From Phycisphaerales bacterium (lineage in GTDB: Bacteria; Planctomycetota; Phycisphaerae; WQYP01), in the NCBI GenBank assembly GCA_027451365.1, contig DAIDJN010000081.1, positions 1-52,441 of the forward strand: a DNA stretch of 52,441 nucleotides, in the 5' to 3' direction. Under the pieces are notes generated by a model that ran no database searches, was not told the DNA's origin, and saw only the letters and a program-made list of their open reading frames with translations. Below are positions 1 to 9,111 of the stretch, piece after piece. The position numbers were made by a program, and so were the translations under genes. Each line of letters begins with the position of its first letter. The stretch's first letter is position 1.

Positions 1-11
1 GGTATGGATAT

Positions 12-471
12 GTTTCAATCCGCTCCGTGGCCGGTGGCCTCGGAGAACGATCCGCAAGGCCATCCTGCACGTGGCCGCGGAGGTTCAATCCGCTCCGTGG
101 CCGGTGGCCACGGAGAACGTTTGAAAGGTTCGCGCCCACAATCCAATCCGTCGTTTCAATCCGCTCCGTGGCCGGTGGCCACGGAGAACAATCGCAATCC
201 CGGCAGCCGCGGCCGGCGCACAAGTTTCAATCCGCTCCGTGGCCGGTGGCCACGGAGAACGCCGATTACGATAAATCCACCAGCAGCCTTGGGGTTTCAA
301 TCCGCTCCGTGGCCGGTGGCCACGGAGAACCGTGAATTATGGTCGATCTGTAATCTACGCTTGGGTTTCAATCCGCTCCGTGGCCGGTGGCCACGGAGAA
401 CAGCAGTTCCTCGCAACGAGCGATTTCTTTTGGCGTTTCAATCCGCTCCGTGGCCGGTGGCCACGGAGAAC
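12..471 (-). CRISPR. CRISPR array, 7 repeats of 37 bp (GTTCTCCGTGGCCACCGGCCACGGAGCGGATTGAAAC on - strand) and 6 spacers of 33-34 bp; may continue beyond the left window edge
   Basis: Repeats at 12-48, 82-118, 153-189, 224-260, 294-330, 365-401 and 435-471, with unique spacers. The two leftmost repeats each carry one substitution (trailer end). The ATTGAAAC 3' end and the leader next to cas2 give - orientation. Confidence 0.98.
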
Positions 472-686
472 AGCTTTATCCTAACCCTATATATAACAAT
501 CGCCAATCCGCGACATTTCGCGAACCAGCCGAACAGGCGCGCCTTTGACGCGCATTTGGCCACAGCCGACCGATGGTAAGTATTTATTTTTCAAAGAGCT
601 ATCGCACATCGCGATCCCCCCCACCTTTCGTGCGCAATTCAGGTTCGCGGAGCCACTTTTTCCACCCTCCTAGCCGGCCCAAATCC
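472..686 (-). promoter_or_regulatory. CRISPR leader
   Basis: Non-coding stretch between the array and cas2, with AT-rich patches. Inverted motif CGCGAACC (519-526) / GGTTCGCG (642-649) flanks an AT-rich IHF-like tract (~577-601), as in type I-C leaders. Confidence 0.8.
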
Positions 687-992
687 TCAAAACACCAATG
701 GCTCGGTTAAATCTCGTGGCTCCTTAGCCCCAAAATGCGCCACCCGATCCACGGCCGCCTTATCCAGAAAATAAAACCGCAGAGAATCCCATTTGGGATC
801 TATTTCCTCCAGCAACCGCGATTTTAACACCACCCACTCCTTATCTCCAACCACGCATTCAAACACCGAATATTGCACCCGCTGGCCAAAATCCAAACAT
901 GCCTTGGCCACCCGCCGCAACCGTTTGCGGCCCGCCTTATCCATCGTATTCACATCATATGTTACCAGCACCAGCATCCGAACCACCTTCAT
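687..992 (-). CDS. cas2: CRISPR-associated endoribonuclease Cas2 (alternative start 977)
   Basis: MLVLVTYDV...RLRRVAKAC..FGQRVQYSVFEC...DSLRFY, typical of I-C Cas2. Confidence 0.97.
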   Translation of the reverse strand: MKVVRMLVLVTYDVNTMDKAGRKRLRRVAKACLDFGQRVQYSVFECVVGDKEWVVLKSRLLEEIDPKWDSLRFYFLDKAAVDRVAHFGAKEPRDLTEPLVF

Positions 993-2023
993 TTGAATAT
1001 AATCGGGACATAATGTTCCAGATCACCACGAACATGCCGCGCCAAAATGCGTGCCTGAAGCGCTGGAAACCGCCCCAATGGTGATTCCTGATTCAGATAG
1101 GGATGCAGGCGCCTTTCCTGCTTCCGCTGCTGGTATTCCCCGATCAGCCTTTTACGCGCCGCATCCTTCAATTCCACCGCACCGCCGGGCCGTGTGACAA
1201 AATCATCGGCGTCAACCTGTTTGCGGTTAATCAGCGTGATTACAAATCGGTCCACCAAAAATGCCCGGAATTCTTCCATCAAATCAAGTGCCAGCGATGG
1301 ACGCCCGGGCCGTTCATCATGAAAATATCCCACCGACGGATCCAGACCGGCCAACGCCACCGCCGACGTACAATCATGGGTCAAAATGCTGTAAAATAAG
1401 GAAAGCAACGCGTTAATCGCGTCCATCGGCGGACGGCGGGACCGCTTTCGGAATACCAGCGGATCGGGTGCCGCTGGCGTCATCCCGGCAAAGCACTCAA
1501 AATAAAGCCGCGCCGCCTCCCCTTCAATCCCACGGACAGAATCCAGAGAGGCCGCCGCCGCCAAATGACCAATGCTGTATTCCAGCAGGCTCGCCGCTTT
1601 ACGCAACCCCCCCAGCGATGCCGAATCCGGCAGGTCACGCGCCGACCGAAGTAGATTCCCACGGCTGTTCTGTAGCTTCCCTGCCACGATCGCGCGCGCC
1701 AAACCCAGGCGAAAGTCCGATTCATCCGCTTTCCTATATTGCGCGCGGCGCAACCGCACCCCGCCGGAACCCGGCGTATCCACCCGCGCAAGCAGGCGCC
1801 CGCCGGCCGAAAGAAAATTGACCGCTATCTGCCCGTCCGCACATGCTTCCATTAGCTGAGGACTGACCATGGCACGGCCAAAACAGGCTATCGAGTCAAT
1901 CATGTGCAGCGGCAGTCGGCCAACGGCCTTGCCGTCCAGCTCTATCACCACCGCTTGGCCATCACGATGGATGTATGCACCCTCTGTCACGACATAAAGT
2001 GTATTAAGCTGAATTTCATCCAT
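989..2023 (-). CDS. cas1: Type I-C Cas1 integrase
   Basis: LNTLYV, RGIEGEAARLYF, RSRRPP.D.INALLS, GYFH..RPGRPSLALDLMEEFR motifs. Confidence 0.97.
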   Translation of the reverse strand: MDEIQLNTLYVVTEGAYIHRDGQAVVIELDGKAVGRLPLHMIDSIACFGRAMVSPQLMEACADGQIAVNFLSAGGRLLARVDTPGSGGVRLRRAQYRKADESDFRLGLARAIVAGKLQNSRGNLLRSARDLPDSASLGGLRKAASLLEYSIGHLAAAASLDSVRGIEGEAARLYFECFAGMTPAAPDPLVFRKRSRRPPMDAINALLSLFYSILTHDCTSAVALAGLDPSVGYFHDERPGRPSLALDLMEEFRAFLVDRFVITLINRKQVDADDFVTRPGGAVELKDAARKRLIGEYQQRKQERRLHPYLNQESPLGRFPALQARILARHVRGDLEHYVPIIFK

Positions 2024-2062
2024 AGGCAAGCCTTCTGTTCGGAACCGACCAATTGCTGATTT

Positions 2063-2090
2063 TCCAATCTGCAATTTGAAATCTTAAATT
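2063..2090. repeat. Degenerate heptamer tandem repeat (TCCAATC TGCAATT TGAAATC TTAAATT)
   Basis: Four 7-bp units sharing an AAT core, between cas4 and cas1. Confidence 0.45.
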
Positions 2091-2731
2091 TGTTCCCCCG
2101 CCTCCGTGCTGAACAGTTTGGTGTACGCGATGGAAATTCCCGGCGCATATACATCCAACTCCGGCAGGCAGATGGAATGCACCGAACACCCCTGGCACTG
2201 CGGCTTAAGAACCGCAGAGGGAACCTTGCCACTGGCCAACATGGACCGAACCCCCTCTATGGTCGCAATTGTGAGTCGGCGCAAATCGGCGGTGAATTGC
2301 ACGTCCCGTCGCCGGTGGTTCTTGACGTGATAAATCGCTCCGCTGGGAACCTTTACACCCAGCATTTCCTCCAAACAAAGCGCCTGCGCGCAAAGCTGGG
2401 CATCATCATTATCCCATTTGTGGCGCTTGCCCATTTTGTAATCCACCGGCAGTGGAATTTCCGTGCCGTCCGCCTGAGGCCAGAATTCCACAATATCCGC
2501 TTTGCCAGTCAGATTAAGGCTCACCGAAAAAAGCGGCAACGCCCGTTCAATCCGCGCCCCGGACGCACTTTGCCGATAGCCCGGGTCATCGGCAATTTCA
2601 TGTGCCAGCGTACCAGCCACCGTATGGGCATTTTCCTGCCAGTAGCCCTCCAGGCGATGCAATGCGCAGCGACGATTGCAATACAGAAAATCATTCAGAG
2701 CGGAAATCGATAACGGATCAGGAGGTTCCAT
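2084..2731 (-). CDS. cas4: Cas4 RecB-like nuclease
   Basis: ISAL..FLYC.RR, GKADIVE, PVDYK, QLCAQALCLEEM, and C-terminal CxxCS....C Fe-S cysteines. Confidence 0.96.
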   Translation of the reverse strand: MEPPDPLSISALNDFLYCNRRCALHRLEGYWQENAHTVAGTLAHEIADDPGYRQSASGARIERALPLFSVSLNLTGKADIVEFWPQADGTEIPLPVDYKMGKRHKWDNDDAQLCAQALCLEEMLGVKVPSGAIYHVKNHRRRDVQFTADLRRLTIATIEGVRSMLASGKVPSAVLKPQCQGCSVHSICLPELDVYAPGISIAYTKLFSTEAGEQI

Positions 2732-2859
2732 AAGCGCAGTTCCTGCATGACCACCGCCGCCACCCCGGCCGATAGGCGCTATCTTAACCGAAATCACCAG
2801 GGCCGATCCGCGCGGGCTGGGAGAAGCGCGGGAGTCAAAGCCAATGACAGCCGTAATCC

Positions 2860-5145
2860 TTATATAACACCGCCGCCCGCTGATTTTACCTTCAATAACG
2901 GGATAACTCCTCGCATATAGCCGAGAAAATCGTCATATTGATCCGGCGCAAGCGCCATAAGTTCTCCGCCTCGCCCAAGGGCACTTGGGGTTAAATCCGA
3001 CAATCGAGATCGCCAGATTTCAACACTGCCCAGCGCGACCTCCTGTGCGGTCGGAAAATTGAGCCTATTGCCCGTCTTGATCCTAGCAACAAGTTCCTGA
3101 TCCACTATGACGGTCTGTGTATCGGTGGTGATAAGGCGGCACATTTCAGCAACCCTGGGGTAATCCGCGGCATTTTCGGAACCCTGTATTTCTTTTGCAA
3201 ATGCTTCCGCCTCTCCGCCCCCAAAATGCAGCTCCCTTTGTAAGGACTCCGTACAGAATCGGGCGTCGGCCTTTCCTTCGCGGAACATCTGCTCAAGCAC
3301 GCGGCGCGACGTCCTAAAATGCGGATGCAGGTTGAGGAGATCATCCCCACCATGGCGGAAATCCCAAACTTCGGCGTTATTGTATTCGGAGGACCGATTG
3401 ACGCGCCCGCTGATCTGAAGCAGATTCACGAGCCCACAGCTCTCGCGAAACGCGGTTCGGAAAGAAAAATCAACACCCGCCTCAATGCAACTCGTCGCGA
3501 CCAAAAACCAATCCGCATCGTCACGTTTGCTCAGGCGGGAAGCAATCCGCTTAATAATGACTTCCCTGTCACGCGGCGACAGCGATGTGGAAAGGTGCTC
3601 CACTTGCGTCGGCAGGGCGCAGTTTGCCCGGAGACGGTTTGCAAAAACCGCCGCAGACTGAACCGTATTAAAAATGATTAAGCGCGGACCGGGTTTTGAA
3701 CATACGAACTTTGAGAGATCGCCTATTGAGAGAGTTTCAGGCTCCCTGACCAGCGAAACACGGCTCTGTTCCAGGCTGCAGGCTTCGGCGCGAAGCTGCT
3801 CGGGCACCAGTTCGGCGACGGTTACCCGCTCAGACACAGGTACGAAATCAGGCAAATCCCAGAACCGCCCCAGCGAACCGCTTCCCAAAACCAAATGACA
3901 TCCCCAGTCATCACAAAGCTCACGCAGCCACTTCCACATCTGGGGCCAGAGCGGGGCGGGCATCGCAGCGTGTGCCTCATCCACAAAAATTGCGGAACCG
4001 GGAAGTTGATGGAGCTTGCGAAGCGCCTTGGTCTCTTTGGCCGCTAACGTTTCAAAAAACTGGACCGCAGTCGTCACGACAATGGGAGCGTCCCATCGCT
4101 GTGTGAGTTGCCGAAGGTCACGCCACCCCTCGCCAGCGAACTCAACGCGGTGATGGTGTGCGGCGACAACCTCATCAGGGGTCTCACCATTCAGAACGAG
4201 TGATCTGCGATAAACAGCCACTGATTGATCAATAATATTGGTGTAAGGGAGCACCACAAAAATGCGCCGCAAGCCTCGTTCCTGTGCCACCTGGAGCAGA
4301 TGCGCCATGACGGCCGTGGTTTTTCCAGTCCCCACCGGGCTGTCGCATGCGACGATCCTTTCTTGCGGGCCAAGCGCGCGGTTCCGGCAAGCACGGAAAA
4401 GTTCCCGCCTGAGGCGGAGCCGCGCCTGCTCCCGCCCGGTCAACTCCGCCGCTGGAGATCCCAATTCAGCCACGTGTTGCTCCAGCTTCGCAAGGCGCTC
4501 GGAGGCGCGCAGAGGCATCCCTCGAAGGTCCTTCTCCTTCTGATAATGTTGTGCTGTATCGCTATGGTCCGCGTCTACGAGGCAGGAAAGCGTCAGCCGC
4601 CGGACGAGGCCAACAAAAGGCTGGTTGGGGACAGCCGGAATGAGCGGTGCAAGCCGGTGGTGCTGCGCCAGATAAGAATTGAGGTTCCTGTCTGTCCTTT
4701 CCCAAGCGGAAATTCCAAGATTGGTAAGTTGGCTGGTATCCCGCAGGGCCAAATTAGCGCCGTTGGCAATCTTGGCTTTTTCGGCGGGAACGGAGGGCAG
4801 GCCGAGATGATGGGAATAGCAAGCGATGGCCGCTTCGAATTGCTTCAATCGCAGCCAATGGGCCGCTCCCGCATCGACGTGATTAAAATGGTGTTCGTTG
4901 GCGCAATTAGCACACAGTACCCGCTGGAAAAGCGCATCAAGTTTCCCCAGATCGTGGTAGGCAGCTGCGCGTTCGACAGTTTCCAGAAAGGCATATTTCC
5001 ACTTGGGCGAATACGCGGCTGCTATCCCGGCGAAACTCGCGGAATACGCCCGTACGTTCCCGACGTGGTCGCGATACAGTTGCGCTGGCGCGCCCTCACG
5101 AGCGCTGTGCGCAAGTGGTTCAGGGGAAATGGTCACGTCGGTCAT
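2860..5145 (-). CDS. cas3: Cas3 HD nuclease-helicase
   Basis: AHS..LYRDH, YHDLGK, SHH, LVDAD (HD domain); SPVGTGKT, DEAH, QISGRVNR (helicase). ATGA overlap with the cas7 stop supports a start at 5145. Confidence 0.95.
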   Translation of the reverse strand: MTDVTISPEPLAHSAREGAPAQLYRDHVGNVRAYSASFAGIAAAYSPKWKYAFLETVERAAAYHDLGKLDALFQRVLCANCANEHHFNHVDAGAAHWLRLKQFEAAIACYSHHLGLPSVPAEKAKIANGANLALRDTSQLTNLGISAWERTDRNLNSYLAQHHRLAPLIPAVPNQPFVGLVRRLTLSCLVDADHSDTAQHYQKEKDLRGMPLRASERLAKLEQHVAELGSPAAELTGREQARLRLRRELFRACRNRALGPQERIVACDSPVGTGKTTAVMAHLLQVAQERGLRRIFVVLPYTNIIDQSVAVYRRSLVLNGETPDEVVAAHHHRVEFAGEGWRDLRQLTQRWDAPIVVTTAVQFFETLAAKETKALRKLHQLPGSAIFVDEAHAAMPAPLWPQMWKWLRELCDDWGCHLVLGSGSLGRFWDLPDFVPVSERVTVAELVPEQLRAEACSLEQSRVSLVREPETLSIGDLSKFVCSKPGPRLIIFNTVQSAAVFANRLRANCALPTQVEHLSTSLSPRDREVIIKRIASRLSKRDDADWFLVATSCIEAGVDFSFRTAFRESCGLVNLLQISGRVNRSSEYNNAEVWDFRHGGDDLLNLHPHFRTSRRVLEQMFREGKADARFCTESLQRELHFGGGEAEAFAKEIQGSENAADYPRVAEMCRLITTDTQTVIVDQELVARIKTGNRLNFPTAQEVALGSVEIWRSRLSDLTPSALGRGGELMALAPDQYDDFLGYMRGVIPLLKVKSAGGGVI

Positions 5146-6050
5146 AGGGCGTAATCGCTGTATTTTCCGCATTGCGCAAAGGTCTTCGAGGCCCCGGTGC
5201 GAATCTTCTCTGCCTTAATACTGTCCCATGTCGGCAACAGGTAATCAGAAATGCTTTCGGAAGGCTTTTCAGGATCGGCTTTCTTACGCGGCATAAGCGC
5301 GTCGATTAAGGCAAAATCGGAAACGGAACCAGCCCTGCTTTCATGCTCAAATGTGTGCGCATGCACAACTTCCACCATCGAACGTACGACAGAGCGTGTG
5401 TTCGAATAGGCGTGCTTTAACAAGTGGAGCATCAGGTCAACATCCAGCTTCGTGCAGCCTGTCTTATGGGCGGCATTCGGGTTCACGAAGAAAGGAACTG
5501 TATACAGCCCGTGCTTCACAACGCGAAAAGCCATTGGTGCCATGCCTCGGTCCTTGCCCGCTTCGACGCCGGATTTACTCGTCCATGTTGAAAATTCGAT
5601 GTCGATCGGCGCAACTGAAACGCCTACGCCCAGATGAGCAACACCCGAGCGGATGGTGCCGCTGCCACCCTCCTCAAGGAACGTGTTACCAAACAGCCGG
5701 CCGTCCCAATAGGCCTTAACGAACTCTTGCCCAAGCTTTCCATCTGTCGGTTTCAATTGATTCTGGATTACCTCGCGTTTACGACCGCGGCTCTCGAGAA
5801 TCTGGTAGCTGGCGTCGTCGGAAATTCCCACGGATTTCTTTACCTCCTCCCATATAACGCCCTCCTTCTCAATCACAAGGTCGCGCAGCTTGCGCTTCAC
5901 CGAAACCGGTGAGATCTCACCTTTACCGTCGGGCCGTTGGCGCGGGGAGCTTTCACGTTCCGGGTCGCCATTCGGGTTTGATTTTCGCACCTCCAGAATC
6001 AGCAGCCCCGTAATTCGTGGAACAAGGTTCGTGTGATTGGACGCATTCAT
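5142..6050 (-). CDS. cas7: Cas7 (Csd2/Cas7c-like) backbone subunit
   Basis: SNPNGDP...PR, VSVKRKLRD, YWDGRLFG motifs. Confidence 0.93.
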   Translation of the reverse strand: MNASNHTNLVPRITGLLILEVRKSNPNGDPERESSPRQRPDGKGEISPVSVKRKLRDLVIEKEGVIWEEVKKSVGISDDASYQILESRGRKREVIQNQLKPTDGKLGQEFVKAYWDGRLFGNTFLEEGGSGTIRSGVAHLGVGVSVAPIDIEFSTWTSKSGVEAGKDRGMAPMAFRVVKHGLYTVPFFVNPNAAHKTGCTKLDVDLMLHLLKHAYSNTRSVVRSMVEVVHAHTFEHESRAGSVSDFALIDALMPRKKADPEKPSESISDYLLPTWDSIKAEKIRTGASKTFAQCGKYSDYAL

Positions 6051-6457
6051 TTGTTTTCTCCTTTTTTCGGTTCGTCGGCCTGCTTTTCCGTCTTCTGGTG
6101 GTCTGCCAGATAGCCGAGCAGGAGCTTGGCCTTATCGGCGTCCTGCATCCGTTTAGGAATTGCTGATTTTTCAATCGCCGCTGCGCAGGCTGCCATTTCT
6201 GCGAGGAAATATTTCACCAGCCCGACACCGGCATCGGGATCCGCACTCCTGAATGTTCGCGCCCATGCTTGGTAGGGCGCCATCCGCTCCGCCAACCGGG
6301 CGAGGGCGAGGATGGGCTGCTCCAGGGCGGTGCTAAACAGGGCATTCCCAATTAACTGCGAGGGCGATTCGCCCTTACGCACGTGTTTGCAATATTGAAG
6401 GTGTAGGCTGTCGGCGAGAGCCAAAAGCCGGCCGAGGTTTGCGACAGGTTCCTGCAT
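6047..6457 (-). CDS. cas11: Candidate Cas11 small subunit translated from an internal in-frame start in cas8 (136 aa)
   Basis: AAGAAGGA SD-like sequence 7 nt upstream of an in-frame ATG (MQEPVANLGRLL) immediately before the helical C-terminal domain. Confidence 0.6.
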   Translation of the reverse strand: MQEPVANLGRLLALADSLHLQYCKHVRKGESPSQLIGNALFSTALEQPILALARLAERMAPYQAWARTFRSADPDAGVGLVKYFLAEMAACAAAIEKSAIPKRMQDADKAKLLLGYLADHQKTEKQADEPKKGENK

Positions 6458-8248
6458 AAAACATTCCTTCTTATAGCCGAGTTGAAGAAGCAGTATTCCG
6501 AAAAACGAAATGGCCTTAAGTGATTGCCATCGCGCCTCCTCGCTAAAGGCCCCCCATTCGCGTTTCGCCTTAACCGCTCCCAGTCCAGCCAACACCGGTC
6601 CGGTCCGACCGACTAAAAGGGATAGGGCAACCGCGGCCTTCGGCGCTGATAATGGGCCGTCGGAGGCGAACACGTCAAACGCATCGGAGTTCGAGAATGC
6701 CCGTTGGAAGGACGAGGTAAATCCAGCCTTGCTGTCAGCACTCCAGACACGGTTGGCGCAGGAAGCCATGTCTACCGGGAACGGTACAACATGGCAGCGG
6801 GGTGAGAATTGCTTGGCCGATTTATCGTAAAAAGTGATTGAGACCGCCGGCGCATTTCGAGCGCCAGCTTGCCAAGATCGGGAGGCATTGATCAAGTCCG
6901 GGACGCGGAATTGCCGGTTTATGCTGATTTGCTTGCGGCCCTTATCGATGGAACAAAGGGAAATCAGGCGAAGGGTCAAATTCGGATTGGCCGCGGTCTT
7001 GGCATCAAGCATTTCCAGCACCGGCTGGGATATTGCGGAGAAATCTGCGTCCGAAAAGGCACCGGCGTCGCCGCCGAACATCTCCGCCAATTGCTCAGTC
7101 GGGGGCAGTTCCCCCTCGAGGTAGGCCACCAATAGGTCGCGTTTTCCCGGGTGCGCGCTGGGAACCGCCCGGCAGGTCAGCCCGCGTTTCTCCTCGCCCG
7201 CGAAATAAAGGATCGCATCACTCATTTTCTGCGCAAGGTCCGCAGAAACCGGAAACGCCTGCGAGCCAGCCAATCCGTAGCGCCTGAGCGTCGGGACCTC
7301 GTTGGTGTTTACCGAAAAGATTTTCAGATTTCCGAGTTCAGCAATTTTCGGCGCGGGAAATTTGTCCTGTAGTGTGACCTCGGCCCCGGAATAGGCATCG
7401 ATGCCTTTCCGACTATTAGAATCGACGGTCGCCGTTTTCTCCGAATCTATCATTACGCGGTTGATGGCGTTGCTGGTTTCCTGATGGGCCACGCGTTTGA
7501 AATTCGGGTTGGCGTTTTGGAGGTCGAGGTAGACAGGCTGGCTCGCCTTATCATCCTGTTTCGCTTTTTCTCGCCAATAATCGGGCCTCCCAAAATCCAC
7601 CCCACGCTTTTTCCAATCCAATTTGCCGAATAAAACATCCTGCGCCAGGAGCAGTTCTTTCCTAGTGATATCGCCGGCGGCCTGAGCAAGCACCACCGCA
7701 AGCCCCTCGGAAAAACGGGCGAGGCTGGGCTTCCCATCGCCTACAATCTCGAGTAATTGGTGAAAATTCCTCAGCTCGGCGGCGGAATTCGAAAATATTT
7801 GTCGCAGATGAGCGACCAGTTCCCAACAAGACCGCTCAAACTGCTTTTCTTGGCTGCCGGTGAACCTTCTTGGAGCCGAAAGATCAAACAAGGATTTAAT
7901 GTGTTTAACAAGCTCAGAGTTCGCCGCTTCCTTGTTCTTGACGAGTGAAAGAAGGCTCTCCACAACGGGCTTCAGTTTATTTATCGGCGCATCATTAATT
8001 TGCCGCAGGGGCGTAGGGAGGTTGAAGCCCGGAAAGCTTGACCCCGCGGATCCGTGCTCAATCCGAAACAAATTCTGCGCCTTACATCCAGGCCAAACTT
8101 CGACGCTGGCCGGCACAGCCCCCTCCGCCAAGCCAATGATCAATAATTCATTGTTCTTTCCCATTGGGTTTATACCGGAGTACCGGGACCCTGTCTTTAT
8201 CCCCTGACGGTCGAGGGCCGCAACAACTTGAGATAGCTCGTTAAGCAT
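6047..8248 (-). CDS. cas8: Divergent Cas8 large subunit (Cas8c-like), ~733 aa
   Basis: Lies between cas5 and cas7 with overlapping stop/start codons. The C-terminus LGRLLALAD...LLLGYLA resembles the Cas8c/Cas11c helical domain; the N-terminus is not recognisably canonical Csd1. Confidence 0.75.
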   Translation of the reverse strand: MLNELSQVVAALDRQGIKTGSRYSGINPMGKNNELLIIGLAEGAVPASVEVWPGCKAQNLFRIEHGSAGSSFPGFNLPTPLRQINDAPINKLKPVVESLLSLVKNKEAANSELVKHIKSLFDLSAPRRFTGSQEKQFERSCWELVAHLRQIFSNSAAELRNFHQLLEIVGDGKPSLARFSEGLAVVLAQAAGDITRKELLLAQDVLFGKLDWKKRGVDFGRPDYWREKAKQDDKASQPVYLDLQNANPNFKRVAHQETSNAINRVMIDSEKTATVDSNSRKGIDAYSGAEVTLQDKFPAPKIAELGNLKIFSVNTNEVPTLRRYGLAGSQAFPVSADLAQKMSDAILYFAGEEKRGLTCRAVPSAHPGKRDLLVAYLEGELPPTEQLAEMFGGDAGAFSDADFSAISQPVLEMLDAKTAANPNLTLRLISLCSIDKGRKQISINRQFRVPDLINASRSWQAGARNAPAVSITFYDKSAKQFSPRCHVVPFPVDMASCANRVWSADSKAGFTSSFQRAFSNSDAFDVFASDGPLSAPKAAVALSLLVGRTGPVLAGLGAVKAKREWGAFSEEARWQSLKAISFFGILLLQLGYKKECFMQEPVANLGRLLALADSLHLQYCKHVRKGESPSQLIGNALFSTALEQPILALARLAERMAPYQAWARTFRSADPDAGVGLVKYFLAEMAACAAAIEKSAIPKRMQDADKAKLLLGYLADHQKTEKQADEPKKGENK

Positions 8249-8849
8249 ACAGCAGCACGCCTTTCTCCACCCGAAGGTCACGGCTGAAAGTCGGCCGGAC
8301 CTTGCCACCCTGGGAGCGGTCGAACACCATTCGCAGCATTGTTGGTAACTCGTGATCCTCGGTGGCGGTAACCTGCGTCCCCGGCCGCAACGGCCCGAGG
8401 TAATCGGGGGCAAATTCTTTCCAGCCCAAGCATGGAACCTGGAACCATTGGCCGCGCTCTAAGGCCCTATTGAATGCCTCTTGGTACGCGTGGGGAGGTG
8501 AAGTGGTGCTTTCGTGGTGCGTGGAGAAGGCTGCCTCTGCGTAGAGGCGGTAGCAAACATTCACCAGAATGACCGCGTAGAACTGGAATGACGCCCCCTT
8601 TGCGATAGCGTCGCTGGCGCGAAGCGGACCTCCGTAGTTTGTTGTATAGCGATGGAATTGGATCGGACGGCAAATTTCGACGCGGGTGGGCTTAACGTCC
8701 ACGGATTTCCAGCGGAGTATCGACTCGAAAATTCCCTTCGCGGCGCTGAAGGTGGGCGCAACATATGAAATAGGGGACGAACCGGTGTCCGGTCGCGTCC
8801 ACATTGCGCTAGGACCGGAAATCTCAAGCTCGACGGGGTAGGTCTTCAC
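8241..8849 (-). CDS. cas5: Cas5 (Cas5c/Cas5d-like)
   Basis: LEISGPSAMWTRP...SY.APTFSAAKGIFESI and PCLGWKEF motifs; GTG start. Confidence 0.93.
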   Translation of the reverse strand: MKTYPVELEISGPSAMWTRPDTGSSPISYVAPTFSAAKGIFESILRWKSVDVKPTRVEICRPIQFHRYTTNYGGPLRASDAIAKGASFQFYAVILVNVCYRLYAEAAFSTHHESTTSPPHAYQEAFNRALERGQWFQVPCLGWKEFAPDYLGPLRPGTQVTATEDHELPTMLRMVFDRSQGGKVRPTFSRDLRVEKGVLLYA

Positions 8850-9097
8850 AATGCTGCCTCCATCTGCGATATCTTTGCGGGGTGCTCGCGCAACGGCTGC
8901 CAGTTCCTGGTGTCCTGTGTGCCGTCCGTATGCGCGTAATATTCCATTTCACAAACCGTCCCAGACCCTTTTTTCCGGAAACCCTCATCCGCCCTGGACC
9001 TCAATCCCGCGTCCGCCGCCATTTTTTTCCTGATACCCGAACTCTAACCCGAAGGGTTCCCGCTGGCAAATTATTTTTCCAAAATTTGTTTTTGACT

Positions 9098-9111
9098 GAC
9101 ATACGTATGTC
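9098..9111. promoter_or_regulatory. Perfect 14-bp palindrome GACATACGTATGTC, candidate operator
   Basis: Seen directly in the AT-rich divergent region upstream of cas5. Confidence 0.45.

Noticed and set aside
49..434. Self-targeting by spacers
   Set aside because: Only short chance matches (e.g. aggttcgcg to the leader, aatcgcaatc near 14740); no full protospacer seen by eye in the window
4..579. ORFs with repeated FQSAPWPVATEN peptides
   Set aside because: Translation artefacts of the CRISPR repeats
8249..8413. N-terminal extension of the 788-aa cas8 ORF
   Set aside because: Overlaps cas5 out of frame; MLNEL at 8248, overlapping the cas5 stop, is the plausible start
8980..9025. tcaatcccgcgtccg resembling a degenerate CRISPR repeat
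   Set aside because: Needs gaps to align, lacks the hairpin, and has no properly spaced partner repeat
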